A stretch of DNA of 38,297 bases from Eubacteriales bacterium (GCA_045592565.1 JAZNVA010000221.1:1-38297), one strand, 5' to 3'. Positions 17,193 through 25,731 are shown, numbered from the stretch's first letter. Notes: generated from the sequence alone by a model not told the origin. A program made the numbers and translations.

Positions 17193-18354
17193 ATGTCAGG
17201 ATCAATGAATACCGTTCATTCCACAAAATGCTCTGATAAAGGATCCCCTGCATACGGATCCGCTTGGCGGTATTTTTTTCTCGTTCCAGCCAAATCCGCC
17301 AGTCGGGAGAATACAAATGATCCAAGATCGCCGGATCCACCCCCTCCAGCAAACGGGCAGTCAACCGATCCATGCGCTTCAGCTCCCGTTCCCGAGCCCC
17401 TTCCGTTTCCACAGAAGCCGATCGCAAGACCTTCCCTCGGCTCTGTCCCAGCCGATCTGCCCGTTCCATCGCATAGGCAATGTCCGCGTAGCGCATCTCA
17501 TCTCCAAAGCAAATTGTCTTCTCCCTTTTTCCCCTCACCAAATGCAACAGTGCGGGCATCCAATGGTCGAATTGAGGATAATCAAAGGAATAAAGGATCT
17601 CGTTCATCATCTCTCTCAGCTCCCGCTCCGAAGGACAACACCACTCCAAAAGATGTATCTCCCTTGATCGCTCCCGATTTTCGTGTTTCTCGGTGTCATA
17701 TGAAAACATAGATACCCCCAGACGGGAGACGACAAGGCAATGTCCTGCGGGGAGAAATCCGATCTCGCGGTACAGCCCCCCGCTCCGTACGCCTCCGACG
17801 GGAGAACAAAGATGATGTCTCAACCGCTCCCGATCCACCGCCACGCCGCAAGGCATGGCGCAAAAAAGCCCCTTCAGCTCGGAAGCAAACAGAAATTCAT
17901 CTCCCTGCCTCATGTAAAACAACGGTCGGCTCCCGTCCTGATCCACAGCAAGGATCATCTCTCCCTGTCTCTCGTCCCAGATTGCCAAGGCAAACGAACC
18001 GTCCAAATACTTCAGAAAGGAAGTTCCATAGGCAAGATAGCAATCCAGCGCCAGCATGGCATCACTCTCCGAGGTGATATCCTCGCACAGTCCCTTCCAC
18101 TCTCCCCTTCCTCTCACACGACCGTCAAGAACCACCGTATAGGAAGCCCCCTCTTTTTTCGCGGTAAGAGGCTGACGAAACCAAGGGGCTCCTCCGTCCG
18201 CCGAGGAACGGTTATGAAAAAGCCAACCGTTCTCCTTGATATATGCCCCTCTCTGGTCTCTCCCCCGCAACATCATTGCCCGACTCATTTCCAACATCAG
18301 CTCTGTTCCCGCCGTTTCTCCGCCGTAGCGGAGCTTACCTCCGATCGCGCTCAT
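17191..18354 (-). CDS. asparagine-synthetase (AsnB)-like protein, degenerate; catalytic Cys and PP-loop absent
   Basis: 387 aa. The N-terminal domain aligns to class-II glutamine amidotransferases (LDGSFALAIWDERQGEMILAVDQDGSRPLFY). It begins MSAIGG rather than MCG. No SGGxDS motif is present. A GGAGGG RBS is present. Confidence 0.7.
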   Translation of the reverse strand: MSAIGGKLRYGGETAGTELMLEMSRAMMLRGRDQRGAYIKENGWLFHNRSSADGGAPWFRQPLTAKKEGASYTVVLDGRVRGRGEWKGLCEDITSESDAMLALDCYLAYGTSFLKYLDGSFALAIWDERQGEMILAVDQDGSRPLFYMRQGDEFLFASELKGLFCAMPCGVAVDRERLRHHLCSPVGGVRSGGLYREIGFLPAGHCLVVSRLGVSMFSYDTEKHENRERSREIHLLEWCCPSERELREMMNEILYSFDYPQFDHWMPALLHLVRGKREKTICFGDEMRYADIAYAMERADRLGQSRGKVLRSASVETEGARERELKRMDRLTARLLEGVDPAILDHLYSPDWRIWLEREKNTAKRIRMQGILYQSILWNERYSLILT

Positions 18355-18476
18355 CTCGTCCCTCCGAAAAACATACCCGTTACTCTACTATATGAGAAAA
18401 AAGCGCAAGATATATCCTGAACGGAACGAAGAAGAAATTCCTTGCATATACTGAAAGAGAAACGGAGGTGTGTGAT

Positions 18477-18635
18477 ATGTGCCGGATCGATAGGCGACGA
18501 CTGGTGGGGATCTGTAGCGTCTGCTTTGGAGCGGGAATTCTGGTTTCCTTTCTCCTTCCCGGTTATTTTCTCGCCTTTCTGGAGGCGGGGGTGGTGGTAC
18601 TGGCAGGAATCCTTTTGCTTGGCAGACATTCCTGA
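18477..18635 (+). CDS. 52-aa two-helix small membrane protein (below the ORF-track cutoff)
   Basis: A GGAGG RBS lies 8 nt upstream of the ATG. Translation is MCRIDRRRLVGICSVCFGAGILVSFLLPGYFLAFLEAGVVVLAGILLLGRHS. The overlapping 72-aa ORF in another frame (18442..18660) is Trp/Phe-rich and has no RBS. Confidence 0.45.
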   Translation: MCRIDRRRLVGICSVCFGAGILVSFLLPGYFLAFLEAGVVVLAGILLLGRHS

Positions 18636-18846
18636 TACTTACCGTCCTGTGACATTTTAACATTGAACGAAAGGATCTGTTCTCATGAAAATCGTACTGA
18701 TTCATTCTCCCGCTATTCTGGCGCCCTTCCTGAGAAGGTTTTTCGGGATCAGAAAGCAACGGAGATCCTGACGGTCTGCGCGGGAGATTTTTCAAGGATC
18801 TCCCGTCCGTCCCAAAAAAAGAAAAAGCGCGAAGGGATCCGCTCCC

Positions 18847-18875
18847 TTGACAAGCAACGTAGAGCATGATATAAT
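18847..18875 (+). promoter_or_regulatory. sigma-A promoter for dat
   Basis: Consensus TTGACA, 17-nt spacer, TGaTATAAT. Confidence 0.65.
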
Positions 18876-18960
18876 ACTCTTATGGTGAAGACCGGACCCG
18901 CCCCGCGCAAAGAATTTGCCCTTGCAAAAAACTCTCTGGAAAGGAACTGCTTATCCGATC

Positions 18961-19803
18961 ATGGAAAATCTCGGCTATTACAACGGAACATACGATCTGA
19001 TCGAAAATATGACCGTTCCCATGAATGATCGCGCCTGCTATTTCGGCGACGGATTGTTTGAGGTGGTTTACACAAGGAATCACAAGCCCTATGCCCTGAG
19101 TGAGCATATGGACCGTCTGTATGCCGGTGCCGAGACGCTGGGAATTCGGATCGGCATTGACAAGGATGAGTTTTCTCGTCTGATCTGCTCTCTGATCCAA
19201 AAAGTGGACTCCCACGAGCAGTTGGTTTACTGGCAGGTCTCCCGCGGAACCGAATTGCGCTCCCACGCCCCTGCCTCTCCCTTGACGGCAAACATCTGGG
19301 TTACCATTCGCCCCATGAAGCTCAAGGATTGTTATACTCCCATGAGGACCATTACTGTGGAAGACACCCGCTTTCTCCACTGCAATATGAAAACCTTAAA
19401 TCTGCTTCCCACGGTCCTCGCCTCCATTCAGGCGTCCGACGCGGGGGTGGACGAGGCGATCTTTCATCGAGGCGATCGCGTCACCGAGTGCGCACACTCC
19501 AACATCTCGATCCTGCAAGCCGACGGAAGTCTCAAGACAGCTCCCGCCGATAACATGATCCTCCCCGGTGTGGCGCGCGCTCATCTGATCGAAACCTGCC
19601 ACCGCTTTGAGATCCCCGTTCACGAGGAACCCTATACCCTCCGGGAGCTAATGGAAGCGGACGAGGTAATCGTCACCTCATCGGGCACCATCTGCCGCCC
19701 TGTTTGTGAGGTAGACGGTATTCCCGTGGGCGGTAAAAATCCCGATCTGCTGGAGCGTCTGCGCTCGGCTCTGCTGGAAGACTTCCGACAAAAAACCGAA
19801 TAA
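18961..19803 (+). CDS. dat: D-amino-acid (D-alanine) aminotransferase, fold-type IV PLP enzyme
   Basis: Start set at MENLGYYNG, an ATG in frame with the TTG at 18916. DRACYFGDGLFEVV..SEHMDRLYAGAE parallels Bacillus Dat. A branched-chain or ADC-lyase paralogue is not excluded. Confidence 0.7.
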   Translation: MENLGYYNGTYDLIENMTVPMNDRACYFGDGLFEVVYTRNHKPYALSEHMDRLYAGAETLGIRIGIDKDEFSRLICSLIQKVDSHEQLVYWQVSRGTELRSHAPASPLTANIWVTIRPMKLKDCYTPMRTITVEDTRFLHCNMKTLNLLPTVLASIQASDAGVDEAIFHRGDRVTECAHSNISILQADGSLKTAPADNMILPGVARAHLIETCHRFEIPVHEEPYTLRELMEADEVIVTSSGTICRPVCEVDGIPVGGKNPDLLERLRSALLEDFRQKTE

Positions 19804-19842
19804 AAAATCCCGACGGAGATTCTCTCCGTCGGGTTCTTTTTT
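19804..19842. terminator. bidirectional terminator between dat and mnmE
   Basis: Stem CCCGACGGAGA / TCTCCGTCGGG, flanked by an A-run and a T-run. Confidence 0.8.
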
Positions 19843-19849
19843 ATTTTCA

Positions 19850-21232
19850 TTATTTTCCTACGCAAAAGCGGGAAAAGATCTCCGAGACGATCTCCTCTCC
19901 CAATTCCCGTCCGTCCACCTCGCCAAGCGCGGTCAGCGCCTGCTCCAAGCCAACACAGCACAGATCCAGCGGCAAGCCCGCTCGCAGATCGGCAAGAGAG
20001 ACGTCCAATGCCTCGGCGGCGCTCATCAGAGCGGCATGCTGTCGCGCGCCCGTGACCACTGCGTCGCGCCCCAATTCCAAGCTTCCATCTATAAACAGAC
20101 CGTCTATCGTCTCTGCCAAAGTATCAAAACCCGTTCCGTCTGCGGCAGAGATGGAAATCGAATGGGAAAAACGGGAAGCGATCGCCATCGTATCCGCCAC
20201 CGTTTCCTTATCGCTTTTATTGAGGAGCGCGATGGCGGGGATTCCCGTCTGACCGATCAGCTCTGCCAAGGAAAGATCCTCCTCGGACAGCGCTCGGCTT
20301 CCGTCAAAGACCGCAAGGATCAGCCCCGCTTGTCTCATTTCTTCCCGTGTCCGTTCAATTCCGATGCTCTCCACTCGATCCTCTGTGTCCCGAAGACCTG
20401 CCGTATCACACAGCAAAAGCAAGGTCCTTCCAAGCACGGCGCTTTCCCGAAGAACATCCCGTGTGGTTCCCTCAATATCGGTCACGATGGCAGCATCATA
20501 GCCCAGAATTCGGTTATAGACCGAGCTTTTTCCAGCGTTGGTTCTTCCGCAGATCACCGTAGGAATCCCCTCGGTGATGGCTCGTCCCGTACGCCATGTT
20601 GCCGCAAGCGCTCGGATCTGCTTCAAGATTCGCTCGACCTCTCCACACATCTCCTCCCGACTCATCTCCGCAAGATCCTCTTCGGGGAAATCAATCGCCG
20701 CCCAGACCGAGGTCAGGGTATGACGCAAGGAAAGGTACATCTGCTCGGTTCTGTCAGCAAGACCGCCGCGCATTCCGTGACGCGCCAAGATCAACTGGCT
20801 GTCGGTTTTTGCCTCCAGCAGATTTCCCAGCGCTTCCGCCTCGGACAAGCGGAGCCTTCCTCCCACGTATGCCCGTCTGGTAAATTCTCCCGCCTCCGCC
20901 GCGCGTGCGCCCGCGCAAAGAGCCGCATCCAGAACCTTGGCAGTGACCAAGATCCCTCCATGACAGGTGATCTCCACCGTATTCTCTCCCGTAAAGGAAT
21001 GAGGGGCGTAAAAGCAGACCGCCATTCCGTCATCCACCTCGACACCGTCAGGGGTGTGTACTGTTCCGTAGGTCATTTTGGCGCGATCTGTCTCAGACAG
21101 ACGCTTTCCGTTTGCGGGAGAGAAGATCCGCTCCCCCACGGCAATGGCGTCCTCCCCCGATATGCGGATCAGCGCCACGCCGCCCTTTCCATAGGGCGTA
21201 CTCACCGCCGCAATGGTATCCAACAATTTCAT
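19850..21232 (-). CDS. mnmE: tRNA modification GTPase MnmE
   Basis: 460 aa. G motifs GRTNAGKSS, DTAGLR and NKSD. C-terminal CVGK. Confidence 0.94.
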   Translation of the reverse strand: MKLLDTIAAVSTPYGKGGVALIRISGEDAIAVGERIFSPANGKRLSETDRAKMTYGTVHTPDGVEVDDGMAVCFYAPHSFTGENTVEITCHGGILVTAKVLDAALCAGARAAEAGEFTRRAYVGGRLRLSEAEALGNLLEAKTDSQLILARHGMRGGLADRTEQMYLSLRHTLTSVWAAIDFPEEDLAEMSREEMCGEVERILKQIRALAATWRTGRAITEGIPTVICGRTNAGKSSVYNRILGYDAAIVTDIEGTTRDVLRESAVLGRTLLLLCDTAGLRDTEDRVESIGIERTREEMRQAGLILAVFDGSRALSEEDLSLAELIGQTGIPAIALLNKSDKETVADTMAIASRFSHSISISAADGTGFDTLAETIDGLFIDGSLELGRDAVVTGARQHAALMSAAEALDVSLADLRAGLPLDLCCVGLEQALTALGEVDGRELGEEIVSEIFSRFCVGK

Positions 21233-21268
21233 ACCTTACTCCGTCTTTTGGATTTTTGTCCGCCCGAC

Positions 21269-21301
21269 AAAAAAGGACTGCCCGCGGGACAGTCCCTTTT
21301 C
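21269..21301 (-). terminator. hairpin terminator after the small acidic membrane ORF
   Basis: GGACTGCCCGCGGGACAGTCC palindromic stem, flanked by an A-run and a T-run. Confidence 0.6.
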
Positions 21302-21312
21302 ATCAAAGCAAA

Positions 21313-21540
21313 TTACTCAGCATCTGCCTCTGCGATCTCCTCAACGTCCTCGTCCTCGATGACAACGTCGCACTCATCGCACTCATCCAACAGATCGTCG
21401 CAATCGTATACGAGATCCTCGGTGTACTTTCTGATCAGCTTGTAAACAACGAAAGCAATTGCGCTTGCAACAGCAACAGCCGCTACGCTGATGGCTACGA
21501 TCTTGCCGTAGTTGGTCTTCTTTTTGTTAAAGAATTTCAT
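21313..21540 (-). CDS. 75-aa single-pass membrane protein with an acidic Cys/Asp/Glu C-terminal tail
   Basis: A GGAGGAATAACC RBS precedes the ATG. Translation is MKFFNKKKTNYGKIVAISVAAVAVASAIAFVVYKLIRKY, then EDLVYDCDDLLDECDECDVVIEDEDVEEIAEADAE. It has its own promoter-like and terminator elements. Confidence 0.6.
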   Translation of the reverse strand: MKFFNKKKTNYGKIVAISVAAVAVASAIAFVVYKLIRKYTEDLVYDCDDLLDECDECDVVIEDEDVEEIAEADAE

Positions 21541-21584
21541 GGTTATTCCTCCTTATTATCATTGCAAAAATGATTTATATCTAT

Positions 21585-21612
21585 AGTATATCATATTTTT
21601 TCAAAAAAGCAA
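21585..21612 (-). promoter_or_regulatory. candidate promoter for the 75-aa ORF
   Basis: On the minus strand: TTGCTT, 16-nt spacer, TGaTATACT. Confidence 0.4.
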
Positions 21613-21718
21613 GATGATTCTGAATATTTTTCTAAATTTTTTCTTTTTTGCAATTTTCCCGTCCAACTACCCCTATAAAGGATATTTGGATTTTCCCATT
21701 TTTTCGTCGTTTTTCCTC

Positions 21719-21747
21719 TTGCAATGCGGAAAAAAATCTGCTATAAT
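21719..21747 (+). promoter_or_regulatory. sigma-A promoter for prmC
   Basis: TTGCAA, 17-nt spacer, TATAAT. Confidence 0.55.
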
Positions 21748-21784
21748 GGTAACGTGTATTGTTTAAAACCCATCGGAGGATTCC

Positions 21785-22615
21785 ATGACCTATAACGAGA
21801 TCTGTATCGCGCTGGCAGAAGCCGGAATTGAAAACGATCGCGCGGAAGCATCTATGCTGATCTGCCGCTTTTGCGGCATCAATCAGGCGGAGCTCCTTCT
21901 GCGGCGAGAGGAAAATTTTGACTCTCCCGAGCTGGAGACCGCGCTGATCAAGCGATGCTCCCATTACCCCTTGCAATATATTCTCGGCTACTGGGATTTT
22001 TGCCACGAGACCTATCGGATCACCGAGGACACACTGATCCCAAGGCAGGATACTGAAAAGCTGGTAGAGCTGGCTGTCCGTATGCTCCCCGAGCGCGCTC
22101 GCTTCATCGACCTTTGCACAGGAAGCGGTTGTGTTGCCATTTCCACTCTTGCCGCCCGTCCCGATTGCACAGCAGTTGCTGTGGACCTGTTTGAGCGGAC
22201 CTTGGAGATCGCGGGAGAGAACGCGGAAAACAACGGAGTGGGAGAGCGGATCGGATTTGTCCGCTGTGACGTTCTGTCCCCTGATTTTATGGAGGAGCTG
22301 GGTGAGTTTGACTGTATCCTCTCCAATCCGCCCTATATTGAAAGTGAACAGGTCCCCCTTCTGGAGCAGGAGCTGTCCTACGAGCCTACCGCCGCGCTGG
22401 ACGGGGGTGCGGACGGACTGAATTTTTACCGTATTATCATTGGAGAATACGGCAAATATCTTCGCACGGGAGGCATGATGCTACTGGAGATCGGCTGGGA
22501 TCAGGCAAAGCCCGTAGCGATGATCGCCGCCGAGGCGGGATACCGCTGTGAGGTCTACAAGGACTACGGCGGATGCGACCGTGTCGCGCTTCTTACCCGT
22601 CCCGAAAGCACGTAA
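21785..22615 (+). CDS. prmC: release-factor glutamine N5-methyltransferase
   Basis: 276 aa. SAM motif DLCTGSGCVAI and catalytic NPPY (ILSNPPYIE). Confidence 0.9.
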   Translation: MTYNEICIALAEAGIENDRAEASMLICRFCGINQAELLLRREENFDSPELETALIKRCSHYPLQYILGYWDFCHETYRITEDTLIPRQDTEKLVELAVRMLPERARFIDLCTGSGCVAISTLAARPDCTAVAVDLFERTLEIAGENAENNGVGERIGFVRCDVLSPDFMEELGEFDCILSNPPYIESEQVPLLEQELSYEPTAALDGGADGLNFYRIIIGEYGKYLRTGGMMLLEIGWDQAKPVAMIAAEAGYRCEVYKDYGGCDRVALLTRPEST

Positions 22616-22658
22616 ATATTCTGAATACAGCATAGAAATGAAGGAAGGAAAAAACGGC

Positions 22659-23636
22659 ATGAAACTAACCCTCCACCAAATCCAATCAGTTACGAAAGGA
22701 GCCGTCCGCATAGAGGAAACAAACGGATCTGTTCAATTTTACCGTTTTTCCGAGGAACAGGAGCGCCTGTACAAGCTTCACGACCCCGCTCTATACAAAA
22801 AGACCTTCTCCACCGCGGGTGTCCGCATGGAATTCATCACCGACAGCACCCATCTGGGCCTTGCGGCTTCCGTGAACTCCGGCAGCTCCAGACTCTTTTT
22901 CCACTTTGACATTTTCGCCAACGGAAAGAAGATAGGAGAGTTGGGCAGCAAGACCGAAAATTGCGGAGATTTCTCCGGAAAATTCGATCTTGGGGCAGGA
23001 CAAAAAACCGTATGTATCTATTTCCCGTGGTCGGTAGCTGTTGATCTGAAGGAAATCACGCTGGACGACGGAGCTTCGCTTATTTCTACCAAGAAGTCAA
23101 GAAAAATGCTGATCTTTGGGGATTCCATCACTCACGGCTACGATGCGATCTATCCCTCGCATACCTATGCCACCATGCTCACCGATGCGCTGGAGGCAGA
23201 AGCGGTCAATCAGGCAATCGGCGGAGAAAGATTCTGGAGTGACCTTGCCGAAGCGTGTGATGTCAGCGCCCCCGATCTGATCACCGTGGCCTACGGAACC
23301 AACGACTGGAACGGAGCCGCACGCGAGGTATTTGAAAGAGAGTGCGCTTCCTTTTATAAGATCCTCTCTCGCAAATATCCCTCGGCAAAGATCTTTGCCA
23401 TCACTCCCATCTGGCGCGCCGATCTGGACCGCGTCACAAAAGTAGGTCCCTTTGAGACCGTAGCCGCCTATATCCGCGAGGCAACCGCCGCGCTCCCCAA
23501 CGTAACCGTCATCGACGGCTTTGATTTCGTTCCCCACGATACGGCGCTGTTCAGCGATAAGTATCTCCATCCCAATGACGATGGATTCGCCTATTATTTT
23601 GAAAATCTTTATCGGGAAATTCAAAAATATCTGTAA
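22659..23636 (+). CDS. SGNH/GDSL hydrolase with an N-terminal beta-sandwich domain (CE2-like esterase architecture), no signal peptide
   Basis: Start at the ATG at 22659 after AGGAAGGA. Block I is LIFGDSITHGYD; block V is DKYLHPN. An N-terminal domain of about 145 aa precedes the catalytic Ser. Confidence 0.75.
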   Translation: MKLTLHQIQSVTKGAVRIEETNGSVQFYRFSEEQERLYKLHDPALYKKTFSTAGVRMEFITDSTHLGLAASVNSGSSRLFFHFDIFANGKKIGELGSKTENCGDFSGKFDLGAGQKTVCIYFPWSVAVDLKEITLDDGASLISTKKSRKMLIFGDSITHGYDAIYPSHTYATMLTDALEAEAVNQAIGGERFWSDLAEACDVSAPDLITVAYGTNDWNGAAREVFERECASFYKILSRKYPSAKIFAITPIWRADLDRVTKVGPFETVAAYIREATAALPNVTVIDGFDFVPHDTALFSDKYLHPNDDGFAYYFENLYREIQKYL

Positions 23637-23642
23637 ATAAAA

Positions 23643-23680
23643 AAGACTGCTCTTGCCATCATGGTAAGAGCAGTCTTTTT
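23643..23680 (+). terminator. rho-independent terminator
   Basis: Stem AAGACTGCTCTT / AAGAGCAGTCTT followed by a T-run. Confidence 0.8.
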
Positions 23681-23765
23681 ATGCAGGGATTGGCAAGAAA
23701 TTTCTTCAAGGAATTGGGCAAACTATAAACAGAACCAACACTATTCCAAAGAAAGGAATTTCCTT

Positions 23766-24170
23766 ATGATATTACAAAAAAGAAAACTGTCCCACCGTAT
23801 CTCGGTATGGACCCTGATCTTTACTCTTCTTCTGGTGGTATTCACCTCCGCGCTGATTCTTCCCGCCCGCGCCGAAATGTTCTCCGAGGGCGTAACAAAA
23901 AATGCATCAGAGGCAGCGGACGATGTAGGTGACGCGGTAGGACACGCGGGTGATGCAGTCAAAAACGCCGTGGACGATATGGCGGACATGGACGGTGACG
24001 GGAAAGTGACCGACGGTGACGGTGTGATCGGAAATGAAAGCCGAGAGGCAGATACCGATACGGATAACGGAATGAGCGCAGGTTGGATCGGCGCCATCAT
24101 CGCAATCCTGATCGCCGTTATCGCAATCGTCCTTATTGTCATTCTCGTTCCCAAGAAGAAAAATCGCTGA
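23766..24170 (+). CDS. small exported Asp/Gly-rich protein with a C-terminal membrane anchor
   Basis: Start at MILQKRKLSH after an AAAGGAA RBS. Signal peptide ending ARA/E. Acidic repeats DDVGDAVGHAGDAVKNAVDD and DMDGDGKVTDGDG. C-terminal TM helix followed by KKKNR. Confidence 0.6.
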   Translation: MILQKRKLSHRISVWTLIFTLLLVVFTSALILPARAEMFSEGVTKNASEAADDVGDAVGHAGDAVKNAVDDMADMDGDGKVTDGDGVIGNESREADTDTDNGMSAGWIGAIIAILIAVIAIVLIVILVPKKKNR

Positions 24171-24176
24171 ATTTCA

Positions 24177-24207
24177 CGGGCAAATCAAATTCGGTTTGCC
24201 CGTTTTT
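24177..24207 (+). terminator. rho-independent terminator
   Basis: Stem CGGGCAAA / TTTGCCCG followed by a T5 run. Confidence 0.7.
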
Positions 24208-24294
24208 GTGTTGTTTTATCTTATTCTTATCGTTTTTTTGCTTATCCTTTTGTCTGTTTTTATTTTTTTATTATTTTTTATTACAATATTTATT

Positions 24295-24342
24295 TAAAAA
24301 TAAAGCTCTCAAGAAGCCTCCGTGCGACTTCTCGAGAGCTTT
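24295..24342 (-). terminator. terminator of the FAD-oxidoreductase gene
   Basis: 15-bp stem AAAGCTCTCAAGAAG / CTTCTCGAGAGCTTT with one mismatch. A T-rich tract follows on the minus strand. Confidence 0.65.
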
Positions 24343-24391
24343 TGTGTTTTTCGTTACGATTTTATGAGACAATTTTATTGTTTTTGATATT

Positions 24392-25687
24392 TTATGTATT
24401 TTTCTTGAAATAATCATCACTCTGCGGAACAATTGCATTTTGCGAAAGCAAGATCTTGACCAGCTCCTCATAAGGAACCTCACTCACGCCAATCTCCAAA
24501 CGCGCAGCCAATGCCGCCGCGCAGCCTGCCGCCTGTCCCATTGCCATACAGGGAGCCTGAACTCGCAGCGCGCTGTTGGCGTCGGTATCCGAGGAAAGGA
24601 TCCTTCCCGCCGCCAGCAAATGCATAGAGCCCTTGGGAATCAGCGCCCGATAGGGCACCGTTCCGCACAAGCCTTCCTCAAAATACTGTTGCTTCACGTC
24701 ATATGGGGGGACGTGAAGATCGATCGGATAGAACGCATAGCACACCGCGTCGTCAAACCGCTTTCCTCCGATATACTCCTCGGCAGTAATGATATGCTCT
24801 CCTACGATCCGCTTGGTCTCTCTCACGCCGCACTCGTTTGCGAAAAGAGTAGCCGAGAGATTTTCCAATCCTTCAAATCCGCGCAAAACGTCTATAATGG
24901 CAAACGCCTCCCGTCTGGCAAGCTGCTCCAGCTCTGTCTTGCCAAGAGAACGGTTGACATCCTTGGGCATATGCACGTGATAACGAAGCACACCCCGATA
25001 CACGCCTCTTGCCACTGTCGCGGGGACCGTCCACTCGGGAAGCTTTCCCTGCTCTGCCTTTTCCTGCAAATACCGTGTAAGCGCATCAAGATCCACCGAG
25101 GCTCCGTCATATCCCGCCAGATTCACCGAAAGGGTAGCGGGTTGAAGCCGTTCCGATTCTGCGCAAGGATATCCCAGTATCTCGGTCAGATTGGCATCCC
25201 CCGTCGCGTCGATCACCTTCTTTGCGAGGACTCTGCAAAGACCGCCCTTCTCAGCCAGCAACAGCTCCACGCCGTCCGCCCGCTCCTTAGCGGTGGCAAG
25301 CATACTGTGCAGATGAACCGTTACACCGTAATCGGAGCACATCTCGTCCAGCACATGCGCATAAATAAAGGAGTTCAGACGAACCTGCTCCAACCAATGC
25401 TGCTTGTTGTCATAGGCGATCTCGGGGATCACACAGCCGCCCAATGCCTCCGTTCGCTTGACAGATTCCCACGCGAAGCCATCGATCATCTGCTTTCCCC
25501 AAGCAAAAAACAAACCGGGATAGTTGATGCCACACACCGTCATCGTTCCGCCCAGGATTCCGTTTTTCTCCACGAGAAGCGTTTTTGCTCCCGCCGCCGC
25601 CGCGCCCATTGCAGCAAAGCATCCCGCCGTACCGCCTCCGATCACGGCAACATCTGTCTCAATGGTATTTGCTATTTCCCAGTTCAT
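24392..25687 (-). CDS. FAD-dependent oxidoreductase (FAD_oxidored-type, uncharacterised subfamily)
   Basis: Start at MNWEIANT after a GAGGAGGA RBS. Dinucleotide fold VAVIGGGTAGCFAAMGAAAAGAKTLLVEKNGILGG. Confidence 0.75.
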   Translation of the reverse strand: MNWEIANTIETDVAVIGGGTAGCFAAMGAAAAGAKTLLVEKNGILGGTMTVCGINYPGLFFAWGKQMIDGFAWESVKRTEALGGCVIPEIAYDNKQHWLEQVRLNSFIYAHVLDEMCSDYGVTVHLHSMLATAKERADGVELLLAEKGGLCRVLAKKVIDATGDANLTEILGYPCAESERLQPATLSVNLAGYDGASVDLDALTRYLQEKAEQGKLPEWTVPATVARGVYRGVLRYHVHMPKDVNRSLGKTELEQLARREAFAIIDVLRGFEGLENLSATLFANECGVRETKRIVGEHIITAEEYIGGKRFDDAVCYAFYPIDLHVPPYDVKQQYFEEGLCGTVPYRALIPKGSMHLLAAGRILSSDTDANSALRVQAPCMAMGQAAGCAAALAARLEIGVSEVPYEELVKILLSQNAIVPQSDDYFKKNT

Positions 25688-25731
25688 GCTCTCCTCCTCA
25701 AGGATTTTCATTCTCGGTCGTATCAAACCCA

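Noticed and set aside
18876-18960. Possible riboswitch or T-box in the 85-nt dat leader
   Set aside because: I could not recognise any conserved T-box specifier, T-box sequence, or known riboswitch core. The leader is too short for a T-box.
20036-21445. 469-aa plus-strand ORF antisense to mnmE and the 75-aa ORF
   Set aside because: This is the same shadow-ORF artefact. The translation is low-complexity and rich in Ser, Arg and Pro, and mnmE on the other strand is unambiguous.
24083-24367. 94-aa Phe/Leu/Cys-rich ORF spanning two terminators
   Set aside because: It overlaps the 3' end of the 23766..24170 gene out of frame and reads through T-rich terminator DNA.
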